DNA from: Amoebophrya sp. A120
Lineage: Eukaryota > Protista > Dinoflagellata
Direction: 5' to 3'
Length of the DNA stretch: 64,000 nt
Assembly: GCA_905178155.1 (NCBI GenBank)
Contig: CAJINV010000002.1
Location: forward strand, 5,513,709-5,577,708
The notes below the pieces were generated by a model. That model saw only the letters and a list, made by a program, of their open reading frames with translations, searched no databases and was not told the DNA's origin. Shown here in pieces: positions 1 through 14,101 of the stretch; position 1 is the first letter of the stretch; every line of letters starts with the position of its first letter. The translations under genes and the position numbers were made by a program.

Positions 1-558
1 CAGAGGTAGACCAAATAAGGATGATGTGGATTCACATCACTGTTTAGCACGGAGCAGATGATCTAGTTTTTCTTTTTGTGTTGATCTGCTACATTTTTTT
101 TTGTCCTACTTAACATGAAAATCAAAATGCAATAAAGAATGGGTAGTAGATGACACACAAACATTTATCTTCTGCAGGACCCATCATATCATAGCATGCA
201 TATTCGATCGTTGCCTTTTTTCGAAACGATCAACGTCTGACGTGTGTCCCCCCTTCTGCTCGGCAAAAGTCTATGAGTATGAAAATGAGCCGGTGTTTCG
301 TTAAATATGGCTTGAAAGTTTCTCAAAATTTCCGTGCGCATGTACGTGATAAAGACATAACTTTTCCATAGCGCATTTCCGGTCTCGGTCTGTAGTTACG
401 TTGAAATAGAAGTTCGTGTACATATGATGATATTCGATTTCGAAATAACGCCCGAGCTACTCTTTACTCTGCCGCTTGGAGAAGAACAAAGTGGCCATAT
501 CTCTCGTTGGTTTTGATTTTTATACACTTGAGCTCTTGCTCCTACAGTAACGGCCACC

Positions 559-3500
559 ATGTCCTCCACCACTTCCTTTTATGGGGGCACGGTGAACACC
601 CGGGCCAGCAACACGCCCCGCGAGAAGCAGCCCCGACACTACGCCCGGGTTCCGATTGTGAATATGAGCGGCAGTGCCTACTTCATCGCCGTTCCCACCC
701 CGGTCGTGCAGACGAGCACAACTGCCTCGGCCGGAGTGTTGAACAATAACTACGGCGCATTCCATCTCGCTGCAAACTACAACAACGCTGACCCAGAAGG
801 AGGGAGTTTATTTCACCCGACCGGCGGCGCGGCTTCTAACCTACAGCACACGGCACCGGGTGCGGTGCAAAACATCCACAGCCGTTACGAGGACTTTTTC
901 TTCTCAGACAACACGAACGCCGGGTTCACAGCGGCAGGAGCATCATCTTCGAAAGACTACATATCCATCGCAAAAGTATCGTTATCGTACGAGTTGTAGT
1001 AATTTTTGCATGGCACCACACTTTATCAGCATGACGAAAAATTCAATTTGTAAGGCTGAATGAGGTAGGAAGCAGCCAGATATGTCATGCAAGACTGCAG
1101 CTAGTACGAACGAGCTTGACATTTTTGCAAAGGATGTGACATTACGAGAGCGCGCAATAAAGGCGTACGAAGCAACGCCTCTGCGGGCAGCGGCTCCCAC
1201 AGCCAAGGGCCGCCGTCTTTGGCGGACCAGAATCAGCTGCAAAAATCAAAGTCCTGCGCGACGAGCAGCAGCCGCAAGATGAAGCAGAACTCGCGGACGC
1301 GGGAATCTTCGGTCGTGAGCCGCAAGACGTTACTTTCGGAACGGGGCAGCTGTCTCCGGAATCGCGACGACGATCCGTTCGTGCGGCAGTGGGATTTTTC
1401 TGACAACGAGGACTTTTCTGACGAGGACCACTTACTCCAGAATTTCAACTTGTTGAAGAACCTCCACGATTCGCCGGCGTCCAGCGAGAGTACGGATGAG
1501 GAGGAAGTTCTTTCCGATGTGGAGCTGCACGATAAGCATCTACTTCAACACCGGCACAGCGACGGTATGAGCAGTAGCTCCACCAGCACGGAGGAAAGCG
1601 ATCTGGCGCTCGACAGCTGCGGGCCGATTGGGAAAATGCTGTACTCGAAGCACATGTTCATTCAGCACAAGTCTGCTTATCAACTGTAAAAATGTCTGGG
1701 TCTGGAAGAATGGAACTTGTGATGCTAAATCTGAAGCATACAAAAATCTGTGTTGCATGATTACCAAAAGTCGTCCAGTTTTGGCCAAGTCGGGAGGGAG
1801 TTTCTCATGCAGGATAGGCATGAGAGAGAGTGCGCAGAATCTGTCATTTTAGGTCCTGCATTACAGACCTCATGGGTCATGAAAAAGCTGCATGACAAAT
1901 CGCGCATTCTTCCAGACCCAGACATTTTTACATTTGATACTGCTGCCCTGTTGGCGAGTCAGCAGCACAGCCAGCATGGTACTGACCCGGATCATCTTAG
2001 TAAGGACCCTGAAATAAGTGTTGCTCGGGACGGCGAGGACGGTGTTGTTGAAAATGGTATGATTACGGGAGTAGCTGCTGATCATAAAAATCGAAATTCG
2101 TCCTCCACGAGCAAGGAGAAGTGGAACGGAAAAACGACCATCCACATCCCGAAAATTCTGAATTTGGAGCAGAAATCGCTGGACCGGTCCTGGTCCTGGC
2201 TCAAAATCGGCCGGGACAGCAGCAGTGCGGCCACCTCCAAAGAGAAGCCCTCCGCGTCCGCACTGCTGCAGAAGAAGCCTCGCAGCATCAAAATGAGGAC
2301 GATGGGCACGCAAACGAGGCTGCTAAGCACCGGCGGAGCAGCTGAGCGGGCGGATGGAACAACAAACCTTCCGATCGAGCACGATGTTCCCCTAGTAGAC
2401 CAGCGCACACCCGCTGTGCCAGAAGTGGAAGTCGGCGAGGTGGTGCGGCGGTGGAAGCTTTCCGCACTGTCGTCGTCCACCCGAGCCGGACACCTTCTTC
2501 CACAATCGGAAACCTGCAACAATACAAATATTTCTCCTTCGAACAAGGGGAATCCCTCGACGTCTATCAAATGCAAAAATGTCCGGGTCTGGAAGATTCT
2601 GAGACTTGTCATGCTAATCTGGCACGAGTCTGAACTCTGTATTGCGTGGCCGCAAAGAGCCCTTCCTCCCTGTCATGCAAAAACGCAGTTTCTCATGCGG
2701 AATACGCAACTCAGAACCATGAAAAAAACTTGTCATGCTTGGCGGCGCATTACAGTGAGCTCACTATTCCCTCCCTTGCATCACAAGTCTTCCAGACCCA
2801 GACATTTTTGCAGTTGATAGCGTCCTCGCGCTTGCAACTAAACAAGCGGTCCAACAGTGCGTCCTCCAGCGCGACCACGTCGGGCGGGGACGAGCTGCAC
2901 CAAAATAATCATGCCGGTTTCCGGCGCAACCGCGTCCAGCCGTCGACCACAGCGAGCGAGCACGCCTCCGCCGGTCCGCACGAGGCGGGCCACTTGTCCT
3001 CCGCCAGTTCCGCGTCCAGCCGGTCGGGGGTGTATTCCCGCAGCGTCGGGGGCGGGGCCTCCGCGACGGGCGGCACGAAACACTCCAGTCGCAAGAGCAT
3101 CATCCGCAAGAGTTCGCGTCGGAATACCCTGATCAACACGTCCAAATCCACTCCGCGCGCCGTGTTGGCGCTGGGCGGAGCTGCTGGAGGTTCTGCAGCA
3201 CCTGGTGGTCCGCATCTACCCCGCTCGGCCCGTTCCACTGCGTCCAGCGGCGGGGGTCTGGCTAGTTCAACATCGGGGACGAGACAACTACCACCACAAC
3301 CTGGTGATATTCCCCGCGAAGTAGAGTCGGTGCCCAGGCTGGCGCTGCAAAAAATGGTGCAGGACGGCTTGTTCGGTGGAAGCGCAATGATGAACAGTGC
3401 TGGTAGCCAGCTTCCATCTCTAGTATCCGCCGCAAATAAAGATCAAGACGACACGGCACACAATCCGACTGGTGCGCTTGCGACGTTGAGCTTCGGAGAG

Positions 3501-6500
3501 GACAGCAGTAAAATTATGTTGAACTGCAGCACGCCAAAGCCGAACGCAGACCCCTCAAAGCATCTGGAATCTTCTTGTTCCCTCAAAGATCCGGATGCCA
3601 AGAATTCTTCTGGCCAAGAACATGATGAAGGTCAACATCTTCCTGCGACGAAAATCGGCGAGAGAACCACGACCACGACTGTGCACGACGACGGCGACCA
3701 CCTGGCAAAAACTTCCGACGACCTGCTGCTCGTGAGTAACACGTTGAAGAACCAACTGAAGAGCAGCGCCTCAAACAATTGGATCCTGGAGCAGCATGCG
3801 CCGACGGTGAAGCAGTTGAAACAGGAAATTTCCAAGCATTTTCGCATTCCCGTCACGCTCCTCGTCATCATGGAGGTGCGGATTCCCGTCGAAGACCAGG
3901 ATGAAGCTGCTGCTGCTGCGGCGGCGACCCATGGGACCACGACTGAGGACGTAGGTGCCGATGTTGTGCTCGACCGTGAATTAGATTCCTCGCCTGCTCC
4001 TGGTTGTGCAGTTTGTTCGAGTCCCGCGACAAGAATGAGGCCTCTAAAAACCGACAGTCCGGAAGTAGATGCGGACCACGGTTCTGTAGCGAGCAACGAC
4101 GAAGCACTTCTGGAGCACACCACTTCGCGCCCCACAAGTGAGCAGGAAGAAGAGCCGCACGAGAAGATCTTGGACGATGAAGACGTGTTGGAACTTGTTC
4201 CCACGACCTCGGTGCATCTCCCGGCGAATTCTTCTCGTGTCGTCCAATCACAAGCCTATGCATTGCAAAAGTGTCTGGGTCTGGAAGATTCCGAGACTTG
4301 TCATGCGGTTTTTCCAAGCTCCGCCAAGTCTGGAATGCAGGGCCTGGCATCACAGGTTCGGGAGCCCCTTGGTGATGCCTATTCTGCATGAGACATGCCC
4401 TCTCAGAATGGCCAGAAATGGGGACCTTTTGCAAGTCACGCAACACAGATTTTTGTATGATCCGCAACACGCATCACAAGTTCGCATCCTTCCAGACCCA
4501 GACACTTTTGCGGTTGATAAAGCCGGTGCTGCCACAACGACGTCCACACCCAGAACCGCCCACGCCGTGAGCGTATGCTTTGCAAAAGTGTCTGGGTCTG
4601 GAAGAATCCAACTTGTCATGCTAATTTTGGATTCGAAAAAAATCTGTATTGCATGAGCTGCAAAGAGAGTCCAAGTTTTGCTACACGGACAGAGCATTTG
4701 TCATGCGGTATAGGCATCAGCAAGCCCTCACAAAATCTGTGATGCTAGGGCATGCATCACAGACATCAGGAGTCATGCAAAATGTGCATGACAAGCCTGG
4801 CAATCTTCCAGACCCAGACACTTTTACAATCCATAGAGCGCCAGCGCGAACAACACGCACCTCGTAATCCAAAGCAGCCCCCGCGGCGGGCCGCCGGCTT
4901 CGGACCTCCTGTTGCAGCAGATTGGGAATCCAAGCGAATTCTTTGCGGATAAAAATTCATTTCCAGCGACAACCACCGAGAACAGGAGCAGTGGAAGTAG
5001 CTCTGCCGCCAGTTGTGCAGCTGGGTCGTCTTGCGGCGTGAACAGTCGCGAACAACCGGCGGCAGGAGGTCGTGGTTCTGCTGCGCCCGCAGGAAAAGAG
5101 GATCTCGACACTACTACGACATCAGGTACTTGTGCGAAGAAGCAGCGCCCCCAAAACTACTGTGTGACCAAGCAGCCGGATCACGTTTATTACCGGTATC
5201 TGGTGAAGAGGCAGCCTTTCGACGAAGATTTGGATGAGTCAGCCGATGAAGACAAACTGTGCGAAGACCTGAACCGGCTCGGGCTGGCGGCCTGTCGGGA
5301 ATGGGTCTATCAGGAAGAATTTCTTAACTTGAAAGGTAAACAGGTGGGCATCCAGAGTGAAACCAAAAGTGTCGCTGAGCCAACGCGCGTAGAGGTTACA
5401 TCAACCGCGGACCACTCCACAGCAGTTGTAGTTCCTGCTGGGATAGCAAGCGGTTCACCCACCCCTGCTTCTGTTCCAAGCGGCTTTGACTACCCGACCT
5501 TCTTTCGCAAACGGTGCGAGTTGCAACAAACGAACCTCGCGATCGCCCTGGCCGAATACGGACCATGGGACAAGATTTTGGTGAGCGGGCTCACGAATTA
5601 TACAGGTGTAGAACTACAAGAATCATCCCATCATGACGAGAAATTCGACGCTGACGCGCTTCGTGGTCGAGAAGAAAACGGCAATACGCACGATCCAGGA
5701 GGAGCTGTACAGGGAAACGCACTCTTCTCGTCATTAGAGTTATCCGCCTTTATGTCCGCATGCTGGATGACCACCCCGATTGTTGCGGCTAGCCGGATAT
5801 CACATGCAAATAGGTTTGGGTCTGGAGGAAGAACAAGGCAGATTTTTGTCATGTTGTTTTTGCATGACGTGGAACGGAAGGCCTGTCATGTTTGCAAGTC
5901 CTGGGATCACAGGTTTTGGGAATGATGTTTCGCAATGGATAATCCGCACGGATAAAAATCCCTTCTCTATTCGGTTTAACAAGAAGAATTAGTAGGCAAC
6001 TTTTGCTGCATAAATGGCGGACTTTTGCTGTGCATGGGTGACAGAGTTTTCTTGTGCGACTTGAAACGCGGCGCACCCGACGTTTCTTGCATCTCTCACC
6101 TTTCAGACCCAGACGCGTTTCCACTGCATCCAGGATGGCCGCCAGCAGCGAGGATGAGTCTGACATGGATAGCGTGCCGTATGCATTGCAAAAGTATCGT
6201 ACTAGTATAAATTGCATCACAAGTTTTTTCAAGAAGAGAAATGAAATTTGTAATGCTGATTCACCTAAAGAGGGATGTTTGTCATGCATGATCGCAATTA
6301 CTACGAGTACGAGTACGATACTTTTGCACAGGATATGCCGAGTCGTACTACCACGAAAACCAGCCTTTTCCTTGCGCTATCAAATGTAAAAATGTCTGGG
6401 TCTGGAAGATGCCAGGTTTGTCATGCATATTTTGCATGACCCATGAGGTCTGGTATGTAGGACATAGCATGCCAGATTCTCTGTTAGTTCTATCATGCCT

Positions 6501-9500
6501 ATCCTGCATGAGAAACTGCCTCTCGATTATGTCAAAAGTGGACAGCTTTTGGTAATCATGCAACACAGATTTTTTACATGATTCAGATCTAGCATGACAA
6601 GTTGGTTTCTTCCAGACCCAGACATTTTTACATTTGATACGCGCAGGCACAGAACAACAGTGGTGTCGTTTCTCACCAGCAACAAGACCTACCGTCGGTG
6701 GCAACGAAACAGGACGAGGGTCATCTTCATCTTGTTCACGTGGCTAACAGTTGTAGGAACGCTCCTGCAAGTGCGAACCCAACTACACCTGGACACGAGA
6801 AGTCTACTAGTGCAAATTACAAGGAAGGACCAGCGGAGGTTGTGAGAAGTGCAGACCTCCACCAGGCTGGAACATCAAGACGCGGTGACATCGTTGCTCA
6901 GATACACGACCCCGCTGTGGAGCAGACCGCGTTCTCGTCGCAACTGCGAGAGGAAGTGAAATTAAATTCAGACAGCGAGGATATGGAGGTTTTTGATTGG
7001 CGGAACAACAAGCTACTCGCGAAGTTGCGCCAGGAAAACGTGGATCAGGTGGTTGCTTCGTCTTCCAAGGAAAAAGAACAAAGTAGAGAAAGTCTGGAAA
7101 GAAGAAATAAAAATGCTGGCGAAAGAAATGTCGAAATGCACACGAACTCGAAGCACAGTCCAGTGAGCCAGCATCTTCCTGACCAGGACCCGTCTGGTTC
7201 CGCCTCTGCAGCGTCCCGGCGCCGGAGCAGTAGCAGCAGTTGCTCTGCGTCCAAGAAGAGTGCCATGAAAAAAACTAAAGATAGAGAAACAGAAACCTCC
7301 ACTGTGCTGGCTGCGAATCAGGGACGAGAAGCGACTTCTAGTACACTTCTAAAGGGAACAAGTATTGACAACGACCCCAACAGCAAAACGACAACCTCGT
7401 CTATGAAAAAAATAAGTGCGAAAGGACCGTCGACAAGCAAAAAACCCGCGGACCTGACGCGACTGACAGCGAAGAATTTGCGAAATTTGGCGCAACCAGT
7501 GCCTGTGATCAACCAACGACGAGCCGGGCAGCACGGAATTCTGCTGTCACGGGATCTCGACCCGCCGGACAGCTCAAAGAATGCAGGTATGGCCGCACCG
7601 TCCAGTGCGGATCACGTGGTAGACAGCACGTTAATTGGGAAAACTTTGAAGAATCGAAGGAGCGAAGGAACAAACGACGAAGTAGATGTCGAGCTGCAAA
7701 CCAAAGAACAGATGAATAGCAGTGTTGGTACTCCAGGAGGAGTACAAGGCGCGGCCACTTCTTCTGTTCTGAGAGCTACTGGCAGCGCAGTGGATGAAGA
7801 AGCCCGGCAGATAAAACTAGGAACAAGCGCACCAGTCGCCGCCCGTGCATCAGAACAGCCGTTCCCGCTTCTGGTGCCGGTGGTGAAAACCCGCAAAAGC
7901 CGGGGGTCTATCGCCTCCAGCAGTGACGCCAGCCACAAGAAGCACGTGAGCATGTCACTAAACGCGCATTTTCGCAACTGCGATACGAGCTCGGATTCCT
8001 CCAGTCAGCATGCGGTCGAACAAGAACCGTCGAGCCACGCTTCTAAAACTAGGTTCTCACGAGGGGATAATGACAACGCGGAATCTTCGTCCGACGGTTC
8101 GAGTAACGTAAAGAATTATCAGCCGCAACATCTTCACGTGACAGGAGGGACTACCGGTCAACAAATCTTCCCCGGAAGTGGTGGTGGCGGAGAAGCTACC
8201 GCCGCCACCGCGATGTTCTTGCCTACGATATCAGACCAAAATTTGCCGGTGACCACAATGAAAAAGTCGTACATAATGCCGGCTGGTGCAATGACCAGTA
8301 CTACCAGCAACCCCGCGCCGCCGATTATATCCTCGATGAAGGAGCCCTCCGCCAAGTTCCTGATCTCCGACGGTTCCGCGGATGTGCACAGTTCTTTCGG
8401 CGCCGCGCCTTCGACCAAGGTTGTGACGATGCAACTGAATACGCGTTTTCTGCTCCCGGATGAGGATGAGGCGGATGAGTCGCAGTCCATGTACACAACG
8501 CCCGGAGGGCCGAACAACCGCTTTTTCCACGACGACACGACGCCAGCGCGCTTCGACGGCCGGGACGCGGGTAGTGAAGACTTGTTCTCGCAGGAACCCC
8601 CCGACCACAAGGAGCACGCGGGGAACACCCCCTTCCGTTTGCATAACACGAACAATCTGTACGAGGACGAAAGCTTTCCGTTTTTCCCCGAACAACAAAG
8701 GCAGTTCTTGGCCGGACCTGTTGCAACTTCTACGCGAGCAGGGGGAGAAAAAAATCCGGAAGAAGAAGGGCAAGACGATCATGTAACGCCGGGCACTGGA
8801 GGAGCAATCCTTGGTGACAACATAGCGGACTACAAAGGTCTTGCGCGGTCCTTCGAGGACGGCGGCGAAAGGGCACTCCGGAAGGATAAAAACGACGACG
8901 AGGATTATTCGCCCTCTGCGCAGGCATTTTTCCAGGACGAACTGCAGAAGCCGGGGTCCCTCGGCCAGCGCTTTCCGTTCTTCTCCCCGCCGCTGCGACC
9001 GCGCGGGGGCGGGGGGAGCGGCGTAAAACAGCCCCACTTGCCTATTCCTGTGGCCGCGAGCTGCGCGACGAAAGTAGATCTGTTTACAGCGTCGGCGGCC
9101 TCTTCACACGAAGCTGCGCACGCGAGCGGTGGCTCATCTTCTTCTAGTGCCACAGATTCTACTACAACTGCTTCCAACGCGGGGGTCAGCAAGAACCAGC
9201 AACAGGAGACGCCAAACCACATAGAAGTGGCCGGTCAGCCGGCTGGCCCGCCGCGTGCTCCCGGAAGGTTTGAAGACAAAAGCGGTACCGCGGGTAGTGG
9301 CGATTTGAGTAGTTTCCCGTGGAACACCGCAACGGAAAAAGTTTCGAGTACTAGTACACAGGGAGACGTACGACCTGCGGGGGAAGACAACTCCATACAT
9401 CCACAGCAATCCGATCACGCAGATGATCCTGAACAGGCCGGAAAATCTTCTGCTTCAGCATCTTCGCGAGTTGTAAATGATCACACAACGACGACCCAGA

Positions 9501-12484
9501 ACTACAATATTAGCGCCGCGACGTCCATACTAACCACTCCGCACCAGCGCTCTGCTCGTAAGCGTGTAGCAGGGAAAGAAGATCATGCGGATCAGGAAGT
9601 GCTAGCTTATGATACTCAAAAACACCTGGAGCAGACCGCCAATTTGGCCAACAGAACTACTCACGATACAAGACACGAGGCAAACAACGACCTACGATTA
9701 ATGGCAAGCACCGGTTCGTGTTCCCGCCCGCACAGCCGTGACCTGCCGGCTCGCGCGATCCTGACCCGAACCAACGCCAGCGAAGGGAAAACCAGTTTCC
9801 ATTCTCGCAGTGCCTGGAGTACGCCGCGAGAGGTTGCGAGCGACAGGAATAAAACCAGGACGACCACGCCCCGGAGACTTATCCCTAGTAATTCTGCTGC
9901 AACTGCTTCGTCGAGTACTCAACGTAAAAAAGCCTCGTTATCGCGCCGTTCTTCGTCGAAGAGCCTGTCTGCAAAGCTGCAAGAGCAACATTCCTCCGCC
10001 TACTCCGATTGCAGTTCGTCCACGTTTCTCTTGCGCACCGCCGGCCATTACGAAAAGCACCCCGGGTCCAAGCACGGTGCGCAAACGGAAGCTGTAGACG
10101 TGGTGCTGAACACCGCGGGGACGCTATCGTGAGGAAAAATCCCCCTCCCCGTATCGATAAGGAACGCCTCAGAAAATTTGTCATGCTGATTTGTGACCAC
10201 AAATCGCATCTGTGACGCAAGAAAGCAGCGCCACAGTCTCCGCCCCATTATGCAGGCGGTTTGTAATGCTGCTGGTCCTCCGGCATAGACGTTCCCCATG
10301 CTAAGTGCCTAGGCCAAAACCTCTGCGCATCCATGGGCATGATATGGGCCTTCAGTCGTCTACTGCAAGAGAGATGTGGTTCGTGTACTCAAATACAGCA
10401 ACACAAGTTTCGTTTTCGACATGGGGAGGGGGGATTTTTCCTTTTGATAGACGCAGACAGAATGGACCTTCTCGCCCGCCACAAGAACGAGAAATCACGA
10501 TGATTCCGCAGGTGAAAGCAAGAATAAGGCTGAGGGACAAGGACTTGGGCAAGAAAAGGAAGATCGTTTTGACGCAGAAGGGAATGAAGTTGTGGCAGTA
10601 GCTGCAGATCAAGCTGTGACGACGGATAGAAGCAGTGCCGCTAACCCCCTTGTGGCCGCTGCTTCATCTGGTGACAGAGGAACAGCTCCTGCTTCAGGAA
10701 GAGAAAAAGAAACAACTAGAGCCGAACAAGCTTCCACATGCGACCCCTCCAAAGTACATCAAGCAGAAGACTGCGACGAGCCGATTGACAGTACAAAAAC
10801 CGTGACGAAAGCAAGGAACTCATCCAATGCAGAGATGCAAATAGCCGCTGTCGATAAATTTTCTCTCCCGGCGACTTCTTCACGGCATCATCATGCGACG
10901 GAGGCAGCTGTTGAAAAGGAAGAGAATGGGAAAAAACAGACAGAGCCATCGGGCGTCGTGGAGTCAAAAAATGCTGATGAAAGACAAAAGGATACCACGA
11001 CAGCAGGAGAAATAAAACACGACAAGGACGCAAACCAAAATCAACGCGCGGTCCTGTCCCCCGAAAGCCTGCGGCGTCTGGAAGTCCGCTCGGATCATAA
11101 CCTGGACCAGCACAATACCGACGAAAGGAATTTGATTCTGCAACAGTTGCGCAGGCAAAGCCATAACCACGTAACACAAGCTGGTACGAATCAGATGAAT
11201 CTTGTTCGCGGTGGTCAAAATAATCCTGCTACAACGCAGAACCCAGGGCCCCAGACGAGCAGCGGCGGTGGTGGTCAGCAGCTTGTTGAAGACCCGCACC
11301 CGCCATTGCATGGTTTAATGAACGCGAGCACAGGCGGCACAACTTCCAGAAACGCGATGAACAACACCTCGGCGTGCTCGGAGTACTCGGTGGTGACTAC
11401 AACGACCGCGCGGAACAACCGCGATTTTGACTACAACGAGCTGCTTCACCCGGCACTCTCGGTGTTGCAGCGCTTCTCCGCCAGTTACGGGTTGACAAGC
11501 AGCACAACTAGTAGTACAACCGGCTTGATGTTGGCTCAGAATCCATCGGAAGCGGGGGGTCTTGCTGGTGCGGCGGGAGCGGAAGGCGGGGCGGGACTAC
11601 AACAGGATTGTTTATCCAACAACAAGAACTCATCTGGATCTGCTTCCACGATGATGCTGACCAATGTGCAGTATGGTCCACCTCCTTCGCGAAAAATGCA
11701 ACTCCAGGAACACGAGCCGCAGCTTCGGTTCCGCCAGATGCTGAATGCCAAGACGCAAAACAACGAGACCTGCCTGACGTTTGCGGGGAATGAGGAGGTG
11801 CTGCTGAAGTTGCTCACCACGTACCGGGATTACCTGGATGTGGAAAACACGGTGAACGCCATCACGAAGACGAACCCGCTGCTCCCGCACAGCAACGCCT
11901 TCGCCGCCGGGACGCTCGCCTGGTCCTCCGCCCAGCTGTCGCGGACCATCCCGTGGAACGTGCTCATTCAGGCCTGTTACCGCAAGTACCGCCGGGTGGT
12001 CAACGAACTGCTGTCCTTTCCCACCACGAAGCGGCCCTGGAAGTGGATCGTGGAGAAAGAGATGATCGTCCCGGGACTTTTTAACAGCGAAAAAAACAAC
12101 TCCTCGGCAGCGGAAAAAAATGGTCCTACTTCAGGAAATGCTCCTTCGTGCGGTGGGGTGAACAAGGAGGATAAGAATCTTCCCGATCCTTCTACCGCAA
12201 CTGCAGAGGCGGGGGCAGAAAAGACAACTGCAGCAGCTCCTCTGACGAAAGACGGATGTTGTGCGAACGGTCCTGCTCCTGCCATGTTTCCTGAACAAGA
12301 CACAGCTGAGGAGAAGAAAAATGAACATAGCAATCCAGCACCAGAGAACGAAACGAACAAAAACGACACTACAGATGAGGAAGATGAAAATGAACAATTT
12401 ACGCCCTTTTTCCTTTGTCGCGTGAATGGTTGGGAGCCGGAATTAGCCCGAATGAAAGAGTATCTGGAAAAAATGGACGACTGA
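559..12484 (+). CDS. Large low-complexity hypothetical protein, ~3195 aa, 10 exons
   Basis: ATG at 559. Removing 9 elements plus one 5-bp repeat each (2338 nt) leaves 9588 nt of continuous frame linking ORFs 559, 1219, 1750, 2646, 4138, 4912, 6054, 6698 and 10592. Ser/Thr/Ala-rich, no domain recognised. Confidence 0.8.
962..1136. mobile_element. Introner, short family, degenerate
   Basis: tatccatcgcaaaa...ttttgcaaaggatg; flanks ctaca/tgaca; removing 180 nt keeps the frame. Confidence 0.7.
1678..1939. mobile_element. Introner family A
   Basis: TIR tatcaa.tgtaaaaatgtctgggtctggaaga; perfect direct repeat ctgct; 267 nt, in frame. Confidence 0.95.
2565..2819. mobile_element. Introner family A
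   Basis: Family A TIR; flanks acgtc/gcgtc; removing 260 nt matches the frame change between the ORFs. Confidence 0.93.
4257..4519. mobile_element. Introner family A
   Basis: Family A TIR; perfect aagcc; 268 nt. Confidence 0.95.
4574..4835. mobile_element. Introner family A (reverse-complement near-copy of the 22200 and 42962 elements)
   Basis: Family A TIR; perfect gagcg; 267 nt. Confidence 0.95.
5798..6130. mobile_element. Introner family A, diverged
   Basis: Degenerate TIR; ccgga/cagga; 338 nt matches the frame. Confidence 0.85.
6180..6335. mobile_element. Introner, short family (tgcaaaagtatcgtact TIR)
   Basis: Perfect tgccg; 161 nt. Confidence 0.9.
6378..6639. mobile_element. Introner family A
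   Basis: Perfect ~32-bp TIR; tgcgc/cgcgc; 267 nt. Confidence 0.95.
10125..10449. mobile_element. Introner family B (aggaaaaatccccctcccc TIR)
   Basis: Perfect gacgc; 330 nt, in frame. Confidence 0.93.
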
Positions 12485-13033
12485 AAATGTAGTTTTGCTG
12501 AGCAACTCCCTGACGAAATGAAGGTTGGAAAGAATGTGAATCATGAAAGCGACGCCTGAGAGGACGCGCACTTGCTCTTGCAGTTGTCTTTAGTAAGTAG
12601 CAGTGCAGAATTTCTGTGCGTTCTGTTCCAAATTCGTGGAAGTCAAAGTTGTGTAGCGACCTGTTGACCTGCAGGACGGCGGTGTCGCGTTCCTGGCGGA
12701 GGTGCACACGCTTCTGAATTTTCTTCATCGGACGTTATTGTTACCACCTTTTGATTTGTCAACGACGTGCAGTCGGTCCATGTACATGAGCCGCAAATTA
12801 TCATGATTATGATTCTGCTTTGGACTACACTACCTCCAACTGCTCTGTGCGCTGCAGTTGTTAAATTTTGTGTGCCGTGTAAAAACACACTCGTTCTGTC
12901 TTCCTGTCTAGAGCGAATTGTGCTTCTGCCTACTTCACGTTCGGAGGGTCACGGAGCGTCGCCCAGTTTTCTAGTAGATGTAGGATTTTCTTTTTCATCA
13001 AAGAAAACGAAAAGAAAATCATTTTACAGAACA

Positions 13034-14101
13034 ATGTCAACCTCGATCACGACCCCCCTCCCGCCCGCCTGCACCGAGATCCTCGAGCTCAATCGTTGCT
13101 CCCGGGATCAGAACTGGATCGCGAAGCTGCGCGGCACCCTGCGGTACGACTTTGCGGCCAAAATGTGGTTTTGCTGTACCAGTCTGAAGTTTGGCAAGCC
13201 CGGGACCGGGGGTCAGTGCTTCTGCGTGCCGAAGACCCTGATGCCGAGGTATTTGCGGCTGACGAGTTCGGAATCTTGTTCTACTAGTGGTGGAAGTGGA
13301 ATGTTACACGATGCAGACGGAACGACCGTGTTCAACGAGTTGGAAGATCTTCGACTAGAACCAACGCGATCTTTTTCTGGTGAAAATGCAAAAACACAAA
13401 GCGGAGAGGGAGACCACATCTGCAACACAAGGTCGTGGTCATCTTCCAGTTGTAGTTCAAGTTCTGCAATTTCAACTTCTTGTTCTTCCAGACAAGTCAA
13501 TTCTTCTGCGACAGAAGACGTACAGGAAAAAGAAGTCGTGTCCTCTTTATTCACTTCATTTTCGTCTTCCAAGAACCCGACTCCGTCTCTTGAATCGGTG
13601 TCCACCGAAGCCACGGTGGAGGATTCGAAAACTGACAAGGACGCGGTGCGCAACCGGCAACATTCCTGTCGTCGTGGTCGTTGCGAGGTCTACAAGGTCG
13701 CAGAAGTAGTCGATGTCGAACAAGCTGGTGTACTACAGAGAGAGAATTCATCAGTATGCGACCGGAACTACTACACCGAGGGACTTTTGTCGCCATCAAG
13801 GAAGAGAAGAATTGATCTTGATCGGGAAGTGGATGAAAATATCGAAGCAGCTGCGGCGGCAAGCAGGGCGGAAATGTCAGCATCAATTGGACGACAGGAA
13901 GACAAGAAGCTTGACGCTGTGCTTTCCATCAACTCGGACGATTTTACCTCTTCTACAGCATCTCCTGACGAAACAGCAAGCACTCTGACTTTTTTGACGA
14001 ATCCTGCCAGCTGCAACGCCGACGTTTTCAGAAGAGAGTACCACGCAGTGGGCGTGGTTTTCCGGGTGCCAGTCCTGAAGCCGTGGCATTATCACGTGTG
14101 A
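13034..14101 (+). CDS. Hypothetical protein, ~355 aa, intronless
   Basis: Long ORF. ATG at 13034 (MSTSITTP) follows an AT-rich tract. Cys-rich N-terminal part. Confidence 0.6.
   Translation: MSTSITTPLPPACTEILELNRCSRDQNWIAKLRGTLRYDFAAKMWFCCTSLKFGKPGTGGQCFCVPKTLMPRYLRLTSSESCSTSGGSGMLHDADGTTVFNELEDLRLEPTRSFSGENAKTQSGEGDHICNTRSWSSSSCSSSSAISTSCSSRQVNSSATEDVQEKEVVSSLFTSFSSSKNPTPSLESVSTEATVEDSKTDKDAVRNRQHSCRRGRCEVYKVAEVVDVEQAGVLQRENSSVCDRNYYTEGLLSPSRKRRIDLDREVDENIEAAAAASRAEMSASIGRQEDKKLDAVLSINSDDFTSSTASPDETASTLTFLTNPASCNADVFRREYHAVGVVFRVPVLKPWHYHV

Noticed and set aside
1678-6639. CRISPR-like repeated ~30-bp sequence
   Set aside because: The repeats come as inverted pairs about 260 bp apart at irregular positions, in a eukaryotic context with no cas genes.
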